From NCBI GenBank assembly GCA_963755715.1, contig CAVWLW010000032.1, positions 105,991 to 169,990 on the forward strand: a stretch of DNA of 64,000 bases, read 5' to 3'. The stretch comes from an uncultured delta proteobacterium (lineage in GTDB: Bacteria; Desulfobacterota; Binatia; UBA9968). Under the pieces are notes generated by a model that saw nothing but the letters and a program-made list of their open reading frames with translations, was not told where the DNA came from and did not search any database. The position numbers and the translations under genes are program-made. Shown piece by piece: positions 61,436-64,000 of the stretch; the stretch's first letter is position 1; each line of letters starts with the position of its first letter.

Positions 61436-61777
61436 ATGAGGGTTGCGATCAATAAATTTTCACATGCCGATGTTTTCGACCGATGCTGGAAACGCCGTTC
61501 GGGGCATCGCCTAAATTCCCTACTGTTTGTTGTCCTTCTTTCCCTCGCGGTTCCTGGCTGTGAGACGACCACCACCACGATGCCTGGTCCTTCAAGCGGC
61601 TCCACCGGTAGAAGAGAAGCGCCGCGCGGCTTTTTTGACAAATTGACCGATGCAATAACCGAGCGGGAATGTAGCGTTGCCCATTTTACATGTCCCTACG
61701 GTTTCGGGGCCGCCGACGAACCTTGTGACTGTACCGACCCGCGCGGAGTTGTCTTACAAGGTCGTACGGTCAAGTGA
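61436..61777 (+). CDS. Small Cys-rich putative lipoprotein
   Basis: Hydrophobic stretch + VPGC; C-terminal C-x5-C...CDC. Confidence 0.55.
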   Translation: MRVAINKFSHADVFDRCWKRRSGHRLNSLLFVVLLSLAVPGCETTTTTMPGPSSGSTGRREAPRGFFDKLTDAITERECSVAHFTCPYGFGAADEPCDCTDPRGVVLQGRTVK

Positions 61778-61995
61778 CACTAAATGTGAACTGTACTTTT
61801 TGTAACTCGTCGTTAAAAGTCAGCGCAAGAGTCTGCCGTGCGACCTTTTTTTAGTGGACGCGGCCGATTCATATTAGTTTTCACCTCAGTCGACGAATTT
61901 TTCGCATATGTCGTTGGCTCGAAGACGATGGCAACGTCGCACGCCCCTTAGGTATAGTTGTTGCTCTGGCGAATCGTCTGAGGTGATCGCAAAAA

Positions 61996-62403
61996 ATGGT
62001 GAACGCATCGCGTCACAAGATATTGATCATTGAGAAACAGCCCAACTATACTCAACCCGTGGTCAAGCAGGTTCTCTTTGCCGGATTGCTTCCGTTGATC
62101 GCGGTGACCGGGGAAGGAGGGTTGCGAAAAGCGATCGAGCATCACCCGGATTTGATCTTGCTCGAGTTGGACCTTACGGATATGGACGGCCTGGAATTCG
62201 TGTCGCTACTTAAAGAAAAACCTCAACTTGAACAAATTCCTATCATTGCTATGAGCATCTTTCCGTACATGAAGAATGCTGCGTTGTATGGGGGGTGCGA
62301 TGATTTTCTAAAAAAACCGGTGAAAATGATCGATTTGATGGGCCACATCAGGCGATTCCTATACGAAGCTCCATCCGTCTCTCCGAAACGATTGGCTCGA
62401 TAA
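61996..62403 (+). CDS. Single-domain response regulator, atypical
   Basis: PDLILLELDL.DMDG, IPIIAMS, GCDDFLKKP. Confidence 0.85.
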   Translation: MVNASRHKILIIEKQPNYTQPVVKQVLFAGLLPLIAVTGEGGLRKAIEHHPDLILLELDLTDMDGLEFVSLLKEKPQLEQIPIIAMSIFPYMKNAALYGGCDDFLKKPVKMIDLMGHIRRFLYEAPSVSPKRLAR

Positions 62404-62624
62404 GCCGGCGATCCTGCATTTTTTCCTGTAAATATTTGACTCGTTGATGCCAGTTTGGTTTTTCTTGCGACCTTTGATCGCCCCTCCGCGGCGGCCGAAG
62501 AAAGGCCTTGTCGTGTTCCTAGGAAAGATGTACTAGAACGATAGAGATCGTATTGCGTTTTGATTGCACAGTGTTACGAGACATTTCTAGCCAAACGGAC
62601 TAAATCGTAAAGGAGGCCAGGGCC

Positions 62625-63443
62625 ATGTCAGTTGTAACCATTGCTCACGCAGCCTTCAGTGGCGGGAATGCAATAGCTGAGAAGGTCGCATCCCTGTTGA
62701 ATTATCGCTCGGTTGCTCGCGAAGTCCTAATCGAAGCGAGTAAACGCTACGGCATACCCGAGGCGAAGTACACTGAAGTGCTCGAAGGCGAGGGGCATTG
62801 GTGGGAACGTTGGCGAGAAAGCGTTCGGCTTTACCGCATCACTCTGCAAGCCGCCATGTGTGAAGTCGCCGAAGAAGGCAATTTGGTTTATTACGGGCGT
62901 GCCGGCCAACAATTGCTGCCTGGCATTCCTCATGTGCTCAAAGTCCTGATCGTTGCGCCGGTGGAGTATCGCATCGAATTGGTGCGAGCGCAGCAAGGAA
63001 TGGATAGCGAAAGCGCGCGGCAGTATGTGCGCGAGTTGGATCGAGTGCGCAGCCGACGTTTTCGCGCGGTCTTCAACGCCGACTGGCAAGATCCGATTGG
63101 ACACGATTTGGTATTGAACAGCGGTAGGTTCTCCCCGGAGGTGGGCGCAGCGCTGATCGCCGACACGGTGCGACGGCCGGAATTTCAACCGACGCCGGAA
63201 TCAATAAAAGCATTTCAAGATTTGGCCACGACGGCGCGCGTCCAAGCCGCATTGATCACCTCGGCGAAAACTCGCAACGTTGTATTGAACGTTAAGAGCG
63301 ACAACGGTACGGTCACCATCTCCGGGATCTTGGCCGATCCTGATTTGGAAAAAGAGATCGTGCGTATCGCCAAGAGCGTTGCGGGAGTATTGGAGATCGT
63401 TACCGACATCGAACCGCCGCCGATCGAATACATGCATCCATAA
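62625..63443 (+). CDS. Cytidylate-kinase-like family protein with C-terminal BON domain
   Basis: VVTIA...SGG..IAEKVA, VYYGRAG, HDLVLN; NVKSDNGTVTISG...AKSVAGV; AGGAGG RBS. Confidence 0.85.
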   Translation: MSVVTIAHAAFSGGNAIAEKVASLLNYRSVAREVLIEASKRYGIPEAKYTEVLEGEGHWWERWRESVRLYRITLQAAMCEVAEEGNLVYYGRAGQQLLPGIPHVLKVLIVAPVEYRIELVRAQQGMDSESARQYVRELDRVRSRRFRAVFNADWQDPIGHDLVLNSGRFSPEVGAALIADTVRRPEFQPTPESIKAFQDLATTARVQAALITSAKTRNVVLNVKSDNGTVTISGILADPDLEKEIVRIAKSVAGVLEIVTDIEPPPIEYMHP

Positions 63444-63480
63444 AGCGCGCCGAACGCAATTGTTTTTCCGGTAACAGGAC

Positions 63481-63999
63481 ATGTCGGAATTCGAAGCTCA
63501 CGATATTGATTTTATGAAGCTCGCTTTGGCCGCCGCCAAAGAAGCTGCCAGCCGTTGGGAAGTTCCGGTTGGGGCCGTTGTCGTGGCGGCTGGAGAAGTA
63601 ATCGGCACGGGTTATAACTGCCGCGAAGAGCGCCAGAGTCCGCTCGGACATGCCGAAATCGTAGCCGTCGAAGAAGCGTCCAAGCAGTTGGGTACTTGGC
63701 GTCTCGATCAATGTGATATCTATGTCACGCTCGAACCCTGCCTCATGTGCATGGGCGCGATCTTGCAGGCGCGAATTCGTAAGTTAGTGTTCGCCTCTCT
63801 CGATCCGAAGGCCGGCGCGGTTGAATCTCTTTATCGATTATGTGAGGATCAACGGCTCAATCATCAATTACCGGCGCTAGGCGGCGTTCTAGCCGATGAA
63901 TCCGCGGCTTTACTTGCGGATTTTTTTGCGCGCCTAAGATCGCGCAAACGAGATACACGAAAAGCGGAGAGGTGGCCGAGCCCGGTTGAAGGCGCTTGA
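63481..63999 (+). CDS. tadA: tRNA adenosine(34) deaminase
   Basis: EVPVGAVVV, HAE, TLEPCLMCMGA, DPKAGA, LLADFF. Confidence 0.93.
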   Translation: MSEFEAHDIDFMKLALAAAKEAASRWEVPVGAVVVAAGEVIGTGYNCREERQSPLGHAEIVAVEEASKQLGTWRLDQCDIYVTLEPCLMCMGAILQARIRKLVFASLDPKAGAVESLYRLCEDQRLNHQLPALGGVLADESAALLADFFARLRSRKRDTRKAERWPSPVEGA

Positions 64000-64000
64000 C
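63966..64000 (+). tRNA. 5' part of a tRNA, probably tRNA-Ser (anticodon beyond the window)
   Basis: GGAGAGG-TG-GCCGAGCCCGGTTGAAGGC-G-CTTGAC: acceptor 5' strand, long class II D-loop, start of the anticodon arm. Confidence 0.8.

Noticed and set aside
1-64000. Many long alternative ORFs (e.g. 8294..9259, 33071..34258, 35240..36472, 47621..48808)
   Set aside because: They are antisense or off-frame shadows of well-supported genes in GC-rich DNA and carry no recognisable motifs.
1-64000. CRISPR array or integron attC array
   Set aside because: No regularly spaced identical repeats, no cas or intI gene, and no consistent attC boxes at the cassette boundaries were seen.

Overview
GC-rich bacterial chromosome segment with a heterotrophic scavenging gene set. 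It holds nine solute-binding proteins but only one permease, family III CoA-transferases, an acyl-CoA dehydrogenase pair, a Mo-hydroxylase large subunit, an M16 peptidase pair, LigC/Prim-PolC, AlkA, TadA and a partial tRNA-Ser. The gene content resembles soil Binatota-like MAGs (inference). Accessory elements include an IS1380 element, a 133-bp MITE inside a REP, a BrnT-like TA pair, an SRA-like/HNH nuclease, a membrane DUF2235 protein and a decayed integrase. About eight single-base frameshifts look like long-read consensus errors. The most striking pattern is single cargo genes stacked behind duplicated 3' ends of resident genes with no integrase nearby. The 3' end of a tctC-like gene occurs three times (including a perfect 51-bp direct repeat) and that of a GST gene twice, and there are orphan 3' stubs of an SBP gene and ureC. 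Other leads are a degenerate GIY-YIG-like/TM/SPOR fusion and an orphan EutA-like ATPase paired with a bicupin. All calls are by eye; no database searches were run.
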